From positions 38,046-102,045 of IMG/VR virus record IMGVR_UViG_3300043112_000063: a DNA stretch of 64,000 nucleotides, one strand, 5' to 3'. Below, in pieces: positions 6,075 to 16,278 of this stretch. The position numbers were made by a program, and so were the translations under genes. Under the pieces are notes generated by a model. It was not told where the DNA came from, did not search any database, and saw only the letters and a list, made by a program, of their open reading frames with translations. This stretch comes from a virus. Within the stretch, counting starts at the first letter, position 1. Each line of letters starts with the position of its first letter.

Positions 6075-8975
6075 ATTAATACATTATACATAAATATAGG
6101 AAAGAAAATACATACAACAGGAAGAAGTCCTAGAGCTTTGTATTTAACCTGTGATTTTAACCTTTCCATAATACATAAAATATTAGGACTTAAAACTAAA
6201 TACTATCATCCAAACTTGGAAATGTGGGAAGTACCATTTGGAGATTTAGACTTAGTTCAGTACACATTTGCAGAGGATAATATCGTAACAAATGACGATA
6301 AGATACAAAAGAAGATAGACCAATATAAAGAATCCGTTAAACCCATAATTGAAAGTGAACCAGTAAGCACATACGTTTTTAAAACAAAACCGTTTAAGCA
6401 TCAATTGGACTGTTTTTACTATGGTTTGGAACACGATAGATTTTTACTTGCGGATGACCAAGGACTTGGAAAAGCGCAACCTTTAGATAGTATTGTGTAC
6501 ACTCCAGAAGGACGAACAACAATGGGAGATATTAAACTTGGGGACGATATTTTAGGTAGAGATGGTAAAACATATAAAGTTCTTGGTGTTTATCCACAAG
6601 GTAAGAAAGATATTTATAAGATAACATTTGATGACGGTAGTGTTGTCGAGACTTGTGATGAGCATTTGTGGACGGTTAAAAATACTTCGCGTAAAAAAAT
6701 GGAAAATCCTTGGTTTACTACGGATTTAAAAAGTATAATGAAAACAATATCTAAAAAACAACGGTATTGGATTCCAATGACAAAACCAGTTCACTTTAAA
6801 GAAACAAGTATTCCTTTACATCCGTATTTAATTGGCGTATTATTAGGAGACGGAGGAATAACAAAGTCAGCTTTTCTAACTACAGCAGATAAGGAAATCC
6901 ACGACAATGTCGTTAGTTATTTACCAAAAAACCACGAGTTGAAAAAAGTTTCTAAGTATAGTTATTGTATTGTAAATGGTGGCAGTTTTAATTCTAACAA
7001 TGTTAAAATATATACACAGGATAAATCTAAGTTATTATTTTCTGGGAATATAAACGAAGGTGCGAAGTGGCTAATAGATAATAAGTACTCAAAATCTAAA
7101 TACTGTAAGAAGTATTTACATCATTCTTTATTAACACTTAGTCCTATACGATATGGACTTTATATTGAAAATGAAGAACCAAAGTATAGAGGCAATAATA
7201 AAGTAGTTAATTATCTAAAAGATTTAAGGTTACTTGGAACAAATAGTCATACAAAGTTTATTCCGGATAACTATCTATATAATAGTCTTGGTAATAGAAT
7301 TGCTTTATTACAAGGACTTATTGATACTGATGGTTACGTTTCTAAAACGGGAATTTTACAATATACATCCGTTTCAAAACAGTTAATAGAGAATGTTAAA
7401 GAATTAGTTCAGTCTTTAGGTGGAAATGCTAGATTAAGTATAAAGGATAATCAATATTATACATTAACTATTAATTTACCAGAAGAAATACAACCTTGTA
7501 GATTAAATAGAAAACTAAAGCGATACCATAAGAGAAAGCATTATTATAAACCGAGAAGAATTATTAATAAAATTGAGTTTGTTGGTAAAAAAGAGGCTCA
7601 GTGTATTAGAACGTCTGCAAAAGATAGTTTATACCTTACCGATGAATTCATAGTTACACACAACACAAAGCAAGTTATTGATTTAGCTGTAAATCGTAAG
7701 CATATGATAAATCACTGTCTTATTGTTTGTGGTGTTAATACCCTTAAATGGAATTGGCTAGAAGAAATACAGACGCATTCAAATGAGAGCGCAAAAGTAA
7801 TCGGTAGTTATGTTAATACAAAAGGACGTCTTGTGCAAGGTGGTATGGATAAAAAGTTAGAATACTTAGATTCAGATTTTGACGATTTTTTCATTATTAC
7901 AAATATGGAATCGTTAAGAAATAAAATGTTCTTGCAAAAAATGGAAAACCTTATAAGTACTGGTGAAGTAAATATGGTTGCTATTGACGAGATACATAAA
8001 ATGAAATCTTCTACAAGTAAAGTAGGTAAAGCAATTCATAAATTACAAAGTTACTATAGAGTCGGTCTCAGCGGAACACCATTAATCACAAATGCTTTAG
8101 ACTTATACAATATACTTAAATGGTTAGGAGAAGAAAATGGTACATTAACTAACTTTAAATATAATTATTGTATATTTGGAGGTTTTGGCGGAAGAGAAAT
8201 TGTCGGTTATAAAAATATGGAGGACCTAAGGCAACGTGTTGAAAACATACAACTTAGGCGACTAAAAGAAGACGTATTTGATTTACCACCAAAACTACAT
8301 CAAAATGTTTATGTAGAATTAGAAGGTAAACAAAGAAAACTTTATAAACTAATTGAAGCGGAATTAATAGAAAAAATAAACGATATTGTTCTTAGTCCAA
8401 ATCCTTTAGCGAAGTTAACTAGACTAAGACAGGTTACAAGTGCTCCTGGAATATTAGACGAAGATACTGGTTATGGGGCTAAGATAGATAGACTTGTTGA
8501 AATAGTAGATGAAGTAACTACGCAAGGACATAAAGTATTAGTTTATAGTAACTGGACACAAGTTTTACATCAAGTTAAAAAGGCGTTGGACCACCATAAT
8601 CCTTTGATGTACACAGGAGAACAAAACGAGAGTATTAGAAACCAAAATAAAAACACTTTCCAAAACGATGAAAGTAGAAAAGTTATTGTTGGTACAGTTG
8701 GTGCTATGGGAACTGGTATTACATTAAATAAAGGTAGTTATGTTATCTTCTTAGATGTTCCGTGGTCACCACAAGATAAAAAACAAGCGGAAGATAGAGC
8801 ACATAGAATTGGAACAAATCATACAGTTAATGTACTAACATTTATTACTAGAGATACTGTTGATGAATATATAGAAGAAATAGTTTACAAGAAGAGTGAA
8901 TTGAGTAATTATTTAGTAGACGGAAAAATTGAAAATAACGCTAAACTTCTTGTTAAATCATTACTTGGATTGTAA
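6075..8975 (+). CDS. SNF2-family (DEAD/DEAH superfamily 2) helicase containing an intein
   Basis: LLADDQGLGK|T Walker A split by intein, DEIH, SGTP, QAEDRAHRIG; start proposed at ATT 6075 (track uses TTG 6138). Confidence 0.92.
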   Translation: MNTLYINIGKKIHTTGRSPRALYLTCDFNLSIIHKILGLKTKYYHPNLEMWEVPFGDLDLVQYTFAEDNIVTNDDKIQKKIDQYKESVKPIIESEPVSTYVFKTKPFKHQLDCFYYGLEHDRFLLADDQGLGKAQPLDSIVYTPEGRTTMGDIKLGDDILGRDGKTYKVLGVYPQGKKDIYKITFDDGSVVETCDEHLWTVKNTSRKKMENPWFTTDLKSIMKTISKKQRYWIPMTKPVHFKETSIPLHPYLIGVLLGDGGITKSAFLTTADKEIHDNVVSYLPKNHELKKVSKYSYCIVNGGSFNSNNVKIYTQDKSKLLFSGNINEGAKWLIDNKYSKSKYCKKYLHHSLLTLSPIRYGLYIENEEPKYRGNNKVVNYLKDLRLLGTNSHTKFIPDNYLYNSLGNRIALLQGLIDTDGYVSKTGILQYTSVSKQLIENVKELVQSLGGNARLSIKDNQYYTLTINLPEEIQPCRLNRKLKRYHKRKHYYKPRRIINKIEFVGKKEAQCIRTSAKDSLYLTDEFIVTHNTKQVIDLAVNRKHMINHCLIVCGVNTLKWNWLEEIQTHSNESAKVIGSYVNTKGRLVQGGMDKKLEYLDSDFDDFFIITNMESLRNKMFLQKMENLISTGEVNMVAIDEIHKMKSSTSKVGKAIHKLQSYYRVGLSGTPLITNALDLYNILKWLGEENGTLTNFKYNYCIFGGFGGREIVGYKNMEDLRQRVENIQLRRLKEDVFDLPPKLHQNVYVELEGKQRKLYKLIEAELIEKINDIVLSPNPLAKLTRLRQVTSAPGILDEDTGYGAKIDRLVEIVDEVTTQGHKVLVYSNWTQVLHQVKKALDHHNPLMYTGEQNESIRNQNKNTFQNDESRKVIVGTVGAMGTGITLNKGSYVIFLDVPWSPQDKKQAEDRAHRIGTNHTVNVLTFITRDTVDEYIEEIVYKKSELSNYLVDGKIENNAKLLVKSLLGL
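6474..7664 (+). mobile_element. Class 3 intein (397 aa) with LAGLIDADG endonuclease
   Basis: Starts Ala (AQPLDS), TCDEHLW block B, AQC block F, VTHN|T end; LIGVLLGDG and LQGLIDTDG motifs. Confidence 0.93.
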
Positions 8976-8989
8976 AGGGGGTACAGAAA

Positions 8990-9472
8990 TTGTCTTTAGA
9001 CAAAACAATTATTGATGCCTATAAGAAACTAAGTTTACAGGATATTCCAGAAGAACCAGAGGAACAGTTGTCCGAACTTGGAGATATAGTGCAGAAGTTT
9101 TACGATGCTTCTCAAACACGTAAACAAGCAAAAAAAGTAGAAGACAAGTATAAAAAAGGAATTCTACTTAGAGTTCAGCCAGGAGAAAGTGTAAACTTAT
9201 CCGACATTGGTTATAATGTAACAATAGGTACAAGAAAGACCATTGATATGGACGAACAAAAATTGGAATACTTAGTTAGAGAGGCAATTAAAGAAAACGA
9301 AGATTTAAAAGATATACTTGTAACAAAAGAAGTTGTAACTATCGATGAGTTTAAATTAAACAAGTATATTGAAGAGGGATTAATTGATGAAAAAGAAGTA
9401 TCAAGTTGTATTACAATTAAGGAATCACCTATGGTGAAAGTTAAAAAAATTAAAGATGGGGGTAAAAAGTAA
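8990..9472 (+). CDS. Hypothetical protein
   Basis: SD AAGGGGG; in replication operon. Confidence 0.75.
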   Translation: MSLDKTIIDAYKKLSLQDIPEEPEEQLSELGDIVQKFYDASQTRKQAKKVEDKYKKGILLRVQPGESVNLSDIGYNVTIGTRKTIDMDEQKLEYLVREAIKENEDLKDILVTKEVVTIDEFKLNKYIEEGLIDEKEVSSCITIKESPMVKVKKIKDGGKK

Positions 9473-9688
9473 ATGGCTAAAGTAAAAGAAATGTCTTTTC
9501 ACAAAACACTAAAGTTATCACACAGTTATAATTCTTTTGATATTGGTTTTGGTGTGACTATTGCATTAGAGGGAGACGACTACAAAGACACACAAAAAAT
9601 TAAAGATATGGGCTGGAATACGGTAGATAACGAATTAGATAAGCAGTTACCTAAGGTTATTCAAGTATTAACAGAACTAGGAGAATAA
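9473..9688 (+). CDS. Hypothetical protein
   Basis: Abuts neighbours; 71 aa. Confidence 0.7.
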   Translation: MAKVKEMSFHKTLKLSHSYNSFDIGFGVTIALEGDDYKDTQKIKDMGWNTVDNELDKQLPKVIQVLTELGE

Positions 9689-9689
9689 A

Positions 9690-10370
9690 ATGAATTTTTA
9701 TGCAGTAATTCCTTCGGCAATACTCACAAACAATAACCTAAGTTCTAACGAAAAAATACTTTATGGTGTTATATCGTCTATGACCAATAAACTAGGATAT
9801 TGTTATGCAACGAATAACACTCTATCTGAATACTTTAAAAAGGATGGAGATACACCACACCCAAAAACAGTTAGTAGATGGGTGAACAATTTGGTTGGAC
9901 TTGGATATTTAACAACAGAGTTATTTATGGATAAGGGAACTCAGGAAAGAAGAATTAGATTATCAGATAAAATTGTTATTAAAAGAGTAGAAAAGCCGAT
10001 AGAAAAGAAAGAAGAAACAAAAGACGAAAGTAAAAAATACGAAGGATTTGTCAGTAAAGTAATTGCTTACTTGAATAGGTTAACAGGAAAACACTTTAGT
10101 GACAAAACAAAGAAATACGAAAAATTAATTATTAAACAAGTAAGAGATAATAACAGAACAATGGACGACTTTATGAAAGTAATTGAAGCCGCTAGTATTA
10201 ATGAATGGTATGTAAAAAATCCACAGTACTTTGCACCTACAACATTATTTAGACCAGAAAAATTCGAGGCTCATTTAGCTGCTTGGACACAAAAAACAAG
10301 AGAGGCTATCTTTGCGACAAGTGGAGAAAAGCCAAAAACAGAAATTGATTTAAGTGAGAAGGATTATTAA
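9690..10370 (+). CDS. Replication initiator (N-terminal winged HTH, phage conserved C-terminal domain)
   Basis: FYAVIP...LSSNEKILYG...GYCYATN; YLNRLTGK...PTTLFRPEKFEAHL; precedes DnaC-like gene. Confidence 0.8.
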   Translation: MNFYAVIPSAILTNNNLSSNEKILYGVISSMTNKLGYCYATNNTLSEYFKKDGDTPHPKTVSRWVNNLVGLGYLTTELFMDKGTQERRIRLSDKIVIKRVEKPIEKKEETKDESKKYEGFVSKVIAYLNRLTGKHFSDKTKKYEKLIIKQVRDNNRTMDDFMKVIEAASINEWYVKNPQYFAPTTLFRPEKFEAHLAAWTQKTREAIFATSGEKPKTEIDLSEKDY

Positions 10371-11068
10371 TGTGGTGGGATGATGTTAATGTAGAGCCTT
10401 GTAGACTTAAAGATACGTGTAAATATTATGGTAAGCCTGGATGTAAAATAAACTGTGGTAGGTATTATAGAGCTAGATTATTATACGCAAATAGTAATCT
10501 TCCAATATCGGCATACGACTTGACGAAACTTGTTCCAGAAAAACAGGACGAGAAATCTTTTGACATATGTAAATCTTTTCAAGATAACGTTGTTAATCAC
10601 GTAAAAGAAGGAAATGGTATATATCTTCATAGTAGTAATGCTGGAAATGGTAAGACAACTTGGGCGTACAAGATATTACATAAATACGTAGAACACCTAA
10701 GTAAAACGGATGAAGAAGGAAGTGTTTATTACGTTAACGTAGCACAACTGTTCGAATTTTTACGTGTTAATATGAATAACAAAGAAGAAGTAGCGGAAGT
10801 AGAAAAAAGAATACTTGGTTCATCTTTAGTAATATTCGATGACTTAGGTGTAGAATCTCCTACAACTTGGGTTACAGAAAAGTTATATACCTATGTTAAT
10901 AGAAGATATGTAGAAAAGAAATCTAGTATTTTCACAAGTAATCTAAGTTTAGTTGAAGTACAAAAAAGATTGGGGAACAGAATTTTTGATAGAATACTTG
11001 AAACTTGTAGACCAGTTGAATTTAAAGGAACAAGTAGGAGAGTTACGAAAGCGTGGTGGAACAAATAG
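10370..11068 (+). CDS. DnaC/IstB-like helicase loader ATPase
   Basis: GNGKTT, IFDDLGVE, IFTSN, RIFDRI. Confidence 0.88.
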   Translation: MWWDDVNVEPCRLKDTCKYYGKPGCKINCGRYYRARLLYANSNLPISAYDLTKLVPEKQDEKSFDICKSFQDNVVNHVKEGNGIYLHSSNAGNGKTTWAYKILHKYVEHLSKTDEEGSVYYVNVAQLFEFLRVNMNNKEEVAEVEKRILGSSLVIFDDLGVESPTTWVTEKLYTYVNRRYVEKKSSIFTSNLSLVEVQKRLGNRIFDRILETCRPVEFKGTSRRVTKAWWNK

Positions 11069-12366
11069 TGACAGAATTACAATTATTGAACTATGTAATC
11101 GCAAATAAATCATTAGATTTACTTGTTCATAACAACATAACACCAGATAAGTTTAGTGAAGCATATATGATGGAAGCCATGTTTATCTTTAACCACCACA
11201 GCGAGTACGGTAAAGTTCCTGATTATCCAACTATGTTAAACGAGTTTGAGGACTTTGAAGTAATAGAAGTACTTGAAACAGAAAAATATCTTGTTTCTAA
11301 GTTTGTTGAGTCTCTTAAACAAAGATTACAAATAGAGGCGATTAATGAGTGGGCAAAAAAACTTGGTGGAAAAGATAGTGATGAGGCTTTTGTTTCTATC
11401 AGAAGAAGAGTTGAGGATATTGAAAACATTGATGTTGGTGCTTCTGTTGCTGTTGATATTGTTAAAGATACAAGTAGACATCAAAGATACGTTGAGGCTT
11501 TAGAAAATCCAGATGTTTCAGGAATTCCAACTAACATTAAATTACTAGATGATATTATACACGGAATACTTGATAACGATTTGACAGTTATTGCGGCTAG
11601 AACAAATCAAGGTAAATCATTCTGGGGATTAAAGTTAGCTGCTAATATGTGGGATTTTGGTAAACGTATTCTTTTCTATTCTGGTGAAAATAGTGTTTTA
11701 AATACTGGATATAGATTCGACACTTTAACAGAACACTTTTCTAATAGTGGACTTATGTTTGGAGATAAGAACTTAAAGAATGGTAAGACACCAAAAATGT
11801 ACGAAAACTATATTAAGTCTTTAGCAGAAAAAACAATTCCGTTTTATGTAGTTACTCCACAGGAGATAAATGGAGAGAGATTAACTATAACAAAGTTGAA
11901 AAGTTTAGTGAGACAGTACGAACCAGAAGTCATATTTTTAGACCAACTTAGTTTAATGTCAGACGAAAGAGCAAAACGTAATCAAGGGGAACGCTTTAGG
12001 TATAGTAACATAATGGAAGACCTTAGGCTGTTTGTTGAAAGCCATCACATACCAGTTATTATAATGAGTCAGACAAGTAGAAACAACGCTAAAAATGATG
12101 ATGGATTATTAGAGCCTGCACGAATAGAACACCTATCTGAATCAGATGGAGTAGGACAAAACGCAACTAAAGTAATAACGTTCGCTGTTAATAAAGGTGT
12201 AATGCACGTTATGGTTAGAAAGAATACCAATGGAGAAAAAGAACGTGGTTTTAAGATGATTTGGGATATTGATACTGGTACGTTTGAACAATTTTCTGAC
12301 CCAGAAGATTTTGAACAAGTACCTCCAGACGAAGACGAAGAAGACAATAGAGAGGCTGTATTCTAA
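11053..12366 (+). CDS. DnaB-like replicative helicase
   Basis: AARTNQGKS, YSGE, IFLDQLSLM, MSQTSR, SDGVGQNA. Confidence 0.9.
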   Translation: MVEQIVTELQLLNYVIANKSLDLLVHNNITPDKFSEAYMMEAMFIFNHHSEYGKVPDYPTMLNEFEDFEVIEVLETEKYLVSKFVESLKQRLQIEAINEWAKKLGGKDSDEAFVSIRRRVEDIENIDVGASVAVDIVKDTSRHQRYVEALENPDVSGIPTNIKLLDDIIHGILDNDLTVIAARTNQGKSFWGLKLAANMWDFGKRILFYSGENSVLNTGYRFDTLTEHFSNSGLMFGDKNLKNGKTPKMYENYIKSLAEKTIPFYVVTPQEINGERLTITKLKSLVRQYEPEVIFLDQLSLMSDERAKRNQGERFRYSNIMEDLRLFVESHHIPVIIMSQTSRNNAKNDDGLLEPARIEHLSESDGVGQNATKVITFAVNKGVMHVMVRKNTNGEKERGFKMIWDIDTGTFEQFSDPEDFEQVPPDEDEEDNREAVF

Positions 12367-13370
12367 TGGACAACTATGATTTACTAGTAAACTTAGATAT
12401 GGAAACATTAGTAAATGACCTAAGGGAAGAAATTAGATTTGATACCGTATATTTAAGGGATGTAAAAATAGCTGGAGATAATATAATGGTTTCGTGTCCT
12501 TATCACGCTGGTGGTATGGAAGAGCACGTTTCAATGGGAATTACATTAGAAGATAACGATAAAGCCCGTAAAGGAACTTGTCATTGTTTTATGTGTAATA
12601 CAACAGTTGATTTTTTAACTATGGTTGGTTTTGTTAACGGTGTTGATGACTTTGGTGCCTATGGTAGAAAGTGGCTTTATAAAAACTATCTTGTTTTTGA
12701 CGATGAAGAAAAAAGAGAACCGATAAAAATAAATATTGGTAAATTACAAGGTAAAAATGATACACAAAAGATGGTAATAGATGACGAAACTGTAGAAAAA
12801 TACAGTAAACAGATTCCAAACTATGTACTTAAACGTGGAATTAATGTTGATGTAGCATCGTATTTTAATGTTGGTTATGACGAAGAAAAGAATGCTGCTG
12901 TTTTTCCTGTTTATGATGAGAATGGTGTTTGTAGATTTATACAAAGAAGAATGATAAATTATAAGTTTTTTGAAAACACAGAGGAGGCAGACAAAGCTTC
13001 CTTGTTGTATGGATTGGATAAAGTTTATGAACAGTTAGAGTATGATTCTGGTTTAGTTGATTTAACGGAGTTGTATGTTGTAGAATCTATTATTGACGCA
13101 TTGTATTTATGGAGTAATGGTAAGTTGGCTGTTGCTACATTACAAGCAGTTGTAACAAAAGAACAATTAGAATTACTTAGACAAGTACCTATAAAAAATA
13201 TTGTTGCAGCACAAGATAATGATAAGTCAGGAAATATAGGTGCTAATTTATTAAGGAAAAAATTAAAAACTAAAATAATACGTAGATTACTGTTTCCAGA
13301 GGGTTGTAAAGACGTCAACGACTTGACAGAAGATTACATACGTGAAAATCACACGACATTGGTATTTTAA
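12366..13370 (+). CDS. DNA primase (zinc finger + TOPRIM)
   Basis: CPYH...CFMC; VVESIIDA; DND; KDVND. Confidence 0.9.
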   Translation: MDNYDLLVNLDMETLVNDLREEIRFDTVYLRDVKIAGDNIMVSCPYHAGGMEEHVSMGITLEDNDKARKGTCHCFMCNTTVDFLTMVGFVNGVDDFGAYGRKWLYKNYLVFDDEEKREPIKINIGKLQGKNDTQKMVIDDETVEKYSKQIPNYVLKRGINVDVASYFNVGYDEEKNAAVFPVYDENGVCRFIQRRMINYKFFENTEEADKASLLYGLDKVYEQLEYDSGLVDLTELYVVESIIDALYLWSNGKLAVATLQAVVTKEQLELLRQVPIKNIVAAQDNDKSGNIGANLLRKKLKTKIIRRLLFPEGCKDVNDLTEDYIRENHTTLVF

Positions 13371-13432
13371 CCCTTGTGTTTACAGTAAAAATATGTTATA
13401 ATAAGGTAGTAAAAAATATAAGGGGGTATTAG

Positions 13433-14194
13433 ATGGATAGATTACCAGTAGCAGAAACATTTGGACCTACAATCCAAGGAGAAGGAAATTACGCAGGCAA
13501 AAAAGTTTTATTTATTAGATTTGCAGGCTGTGATTTTAGGTGTAGCTGGTGTGATAGTAAATACACACACGTTATTACCAATGAAACAGAGTGGTTAAGT
13601 ACTGAGGCTTTAATAAATAGAGTTAGAGCACTTAATGGAGAAGGCGTTTTTGGAAAAGGAAGAAAATGCGACCACATTATTTTAACTGGTGGAAACCCTG
13701 CTTTGTATAACTTAGATAAGTTTATTGATGGACTTCATAAAATGAATATGTTTGTTCATATAGAAACACAAGGTACTAAGTTTCCAGAGTGGCTACATAA
13801 GGTAGATAATGTTGTATTTTCACCAAAGGCTCCAAGTAGTAAGATGGAAGTTGACCAACAAGATGTTGCAGAAAAGATTAATGATTTTGCTAAGAATAGA
13901 GAATTAGACGAAAACAAACACGTTATTGTTAAGATTCCTATTTTTGACGACATTGATTACGATTGGGCAAAAGAATTTCATAGGTATTTAGATATGAGAT
14001 TAATCGACCATTATTTCTTATCTGTAGGTAATAGTAATTTCAAACCAACAGATACAAAAGACGTCATTGTTAGTGGACTTTTAGATAGTTACGATTGGCT
14101 TGTTCAAAAAGTACAAAACGATAGTTACTATAAAGATGTTTCCGTGCTACCACAAATTCACACGTTGCTATGGGGCAACAAGATAGGAGTATAA
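13433..14194 (+). CDS. queE: 7-carboxy-7-deazaguanine synthase (radical SAM)
   Basis: TIQGEG, FIRFAGCDFRCSWCDS, LTGGNP, IETQG, LPQIH. Confidence 0.95.
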   Translation: MDRLPVAETFGPTIQGEGNYAGKKVLFIRFAGCDFRCSWCDSKYTHVITNETEWLSTEALINRVRALNGEGVFGKGRKCDHIILTGGNPALYNLDKFIDGLHKMNMFVHIETQGTKFPEWLHKVDNVVFSPKAPSSKMEVDQQDVAEKINDFAKNRELDENKHVIVKIPIFDDIDYDWAKEFHRYLDMRLIDHYFLSVGNSNFKPTDTKDVIVSGLLDSYDWLVQKVQNDSYYKDVSVLPQIHTLLWGNKIGV

Positions 14195-14204
14195 AAAGAT
14201 AAAT

Positions 14205-14888
14205 ATGGATGATGTGAAAAGAAGAATTAAGTTGGAACCAAAACAAAAAGAAAAACTTTTAGTTGCTGGAAAAGGAAGAATTTTAGAGCAGGAACTAGAG
14301 GAAATCGAAACGGATATTTTACCGTCTATTTATAGACTTATGGAAATGTGTGGTGGAGACCCTTCCGGAAACGGACAAAAGGATACACCATATAGAGTTG
14401 CAAAAGCCTGGATGGAAATGTCTGAGGGTTACACAGAAGACCCAAGAGAACATCTCAACACTTCGTTTGATTTAGATGACGGAGATAAGGAAATTGAGAA
14501 AGACGAGGACGATTTAGTAATTGTAGAAAACATTACTATTAAAAGTGTATGTGAACATCATATCTTACCGTTCATTGGAACAGTAGATATTGGTTACATA
14601 CCAAAAACAAAGGTATTAGGACTTAGTAAGTTTGCACGTTTAGTTAGAGGGTATGCAAGTAGATTCCAAATACAAGAGAAACTTGGTGCTCAGATTGCTA
14701 AGGCGATTATGGAAGAAGCAGACGCTAAGGGCGTAATTGTAAAAATAAACGCAGTTCATACTTGTATGATAGCACGTGGTGTTAGAGAAAAAAATTCTAA
14801 TACAGTTACCGTTGCTGTTAGAGGTGTGTTTAAAGAAGATAAGATGTTAGAACAAAAATTCTTAACTGCAACAGGAGGAAACAGATGA
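14205..14888 (+). CDS. folE: GTP cyclohydrolase I
   Basis: TPYRVAKAW, CEHHILPF, GLSKFAR, QIQE, HTCMIARG. Confidence 0.95.
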   Translation: MDDVKRRIKLEPKQKEKLLVAGKGRILEQELEEIETDILPSIYRLMEMCGGDPSGNGQKDTPYRVAKAWMEMSEGYTEDPREHLNTSFDLDDGDKEIEKDEDDLVIVENITIKSVCEHHILPFIGTVDIGYIPKTKVLGLSKFARLVRGYASRFQIQEKLGAQIAKAIMEEADAKGVIVKINAVHTCMIARGVREKNSNTVTVAVRGVFKEDKMLEQKFLTATGGNR

Positions 14889-15337
14889 TTTTTGGAAAAA
14901 GTTATGTAACAAAAGAATTTACATTTGATGCTATGCATCAGTTACCCAACCACGACGGATTATGTAAAAACCACCACGGACACACTTACAAACTACAAGT
15001 TACCGTTACGGGTCTTATAGATACAAATGAAGGCAAGGCTTCTGAAGGTATGATTTATGATTTTGGACATTTAAAGAAACTTGTTAAAGAGTTAGTTTTA
15101 AATAAGATGGACCACGCATTTTTGGCTAAAGGCGATGAGGAAATACTTCCTGAAATAAAAAGACTTGGAACACGTGTTTGTGTAATGGGAGTTAGAACAA
15201 CAGCTGAAAATATGTCAAAGTATATTTTTGAATTATTATCACCACAATTACCGAAAAATGTTTACTTAAAAAATGTTAGATTGTATGAAACACCAACTAG
15301 CTGGGCTGACTATACTTTAAGTGACCCAACTAAATAA
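14885..15337 (+). CDS. queD: 6-carboxytetrahydropterin synthase
   Basis: FDAMH, CKNHHGHTY, DFG, DH, TAEN, ETPTS. Confidence 0.95.
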   Translation: MIFGKSYVTKEFTFDAMHQLPNHDGLCKNHHGHTYKLQVTVTGLIDTNEGKASEGMIYDFGHLKKLVKELVLNKMDHAFLAKGDEEILPEIKRLGTRVCVMGVRTTAENMSKYIFELLSPQLPKNVYLKNVRLYETPTSWADYTLSDPTK

Positions 15338-15360
15338 TTATAGAAAAGGAGAAATTAAAA

Positions 15361-16257
15361 TTGAAAGAACTTAGTGCATTAAAACAAGCGATTAAAGAAA
15401 ACGCCACCACAAGTAAGGATTATTTTGTACTGGAGGATGACGGAGATAAAGCAACGGTTGTATTCCTACACGCCTCAGAAGAAGATATCGATTGGGGAAA
15501 AGTTTACGAGGTTAAACTACCTATCGAAGGAGAAAACAAACAAATCAAAAAGTACGTTTTATCTAAGGGAGACGATGACCCATTAGCAGGAATGTATAGA
15601 ACAAAAGTAAGAGCGTTATTTCAATTGGTTGAATTAGACGAAGATGGAGAATTTAGTGATATCAAAGTTTGGGACAGAGGACCTAAACATATTACTCAGT
15701 TATTAACGTTTATGGAAACTGTTGGACCGCTTAACACGTACCCAATTACTATTGTTAGAAACGGTAAAAAAGGCTCTACACAAACAACATATCAAATGAT
15801 TACTGGTAGAGAAGACATTGACCCAGAAGAAGTTGGTTTACCAAAACCAGAAAACTTGACTAAAACAGGAAGATACATTTTAGATTTAAGTATTGAAGAT
15901 ATGCAAAAAGTTGCTGACGGAACTTATGAATTACCTGCTTTTGATAAGAAAGACAAAGAAGAAACTACGCAAAAGAAAAAAGGTAACGCATTTAGTAAAG
16001 GTGTAAAAATTGTCGGTAAGAAAAATAAACAAACGGAAGAAACACCTAAAGATGCACCACCAAAACCAGTCTTTAATCCTGATACTGGAAAATACGAAGT
16101 TCCAGCAAAAGAGGAACCTAAAAAACAAACACCACCACAACCAAAATTAGTTGACGGTGAATGGCATACACCAGTATTAAATAACGAAACTGGAGAATGG
16201 GAATTTCCTACACTAGAAGGACAGGAAGAAGACGACGAACAGACAAATATGTTTTAA
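15361..16257 (+). CDS. Probable phage single-stranded DNA-binding protein (gp32-like OB fold, acidic tail)
   Basis: IKVWDRG, ITIVRNGKKGSTQTTY, acidic C-terminus; located before the polymerase. Confidence 0.65.
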   Translation: MKELSALKQAIKENATTSKDYFVLEDDGDKATVVFLHASEEDIDWGKVYEVKLPIEGENKQIKKYVLSKGDDDPLAGMYRTKVRALFQLVELDEDGEFSDIKVWDRGPKHITQLLTFMETVGPLNTYPITIVRNGKKGSTQTTYQMITGREDIDPEEVGLPKPENLTKTGRYILDLSIEDMQKVADGTYELPAFDKKDKEETTQKKKGNAFSKGVKIVGKKNKQTEETPKDAPPKPVFNPDTGKYEVPAKEEPKKQTPPQPKLVDGEWHTPVLNNETGEWEFPTLEGQEEDDEQTNMF

Positions 16258-16278
16258 TAAAAAACGGAAGGACTAACG

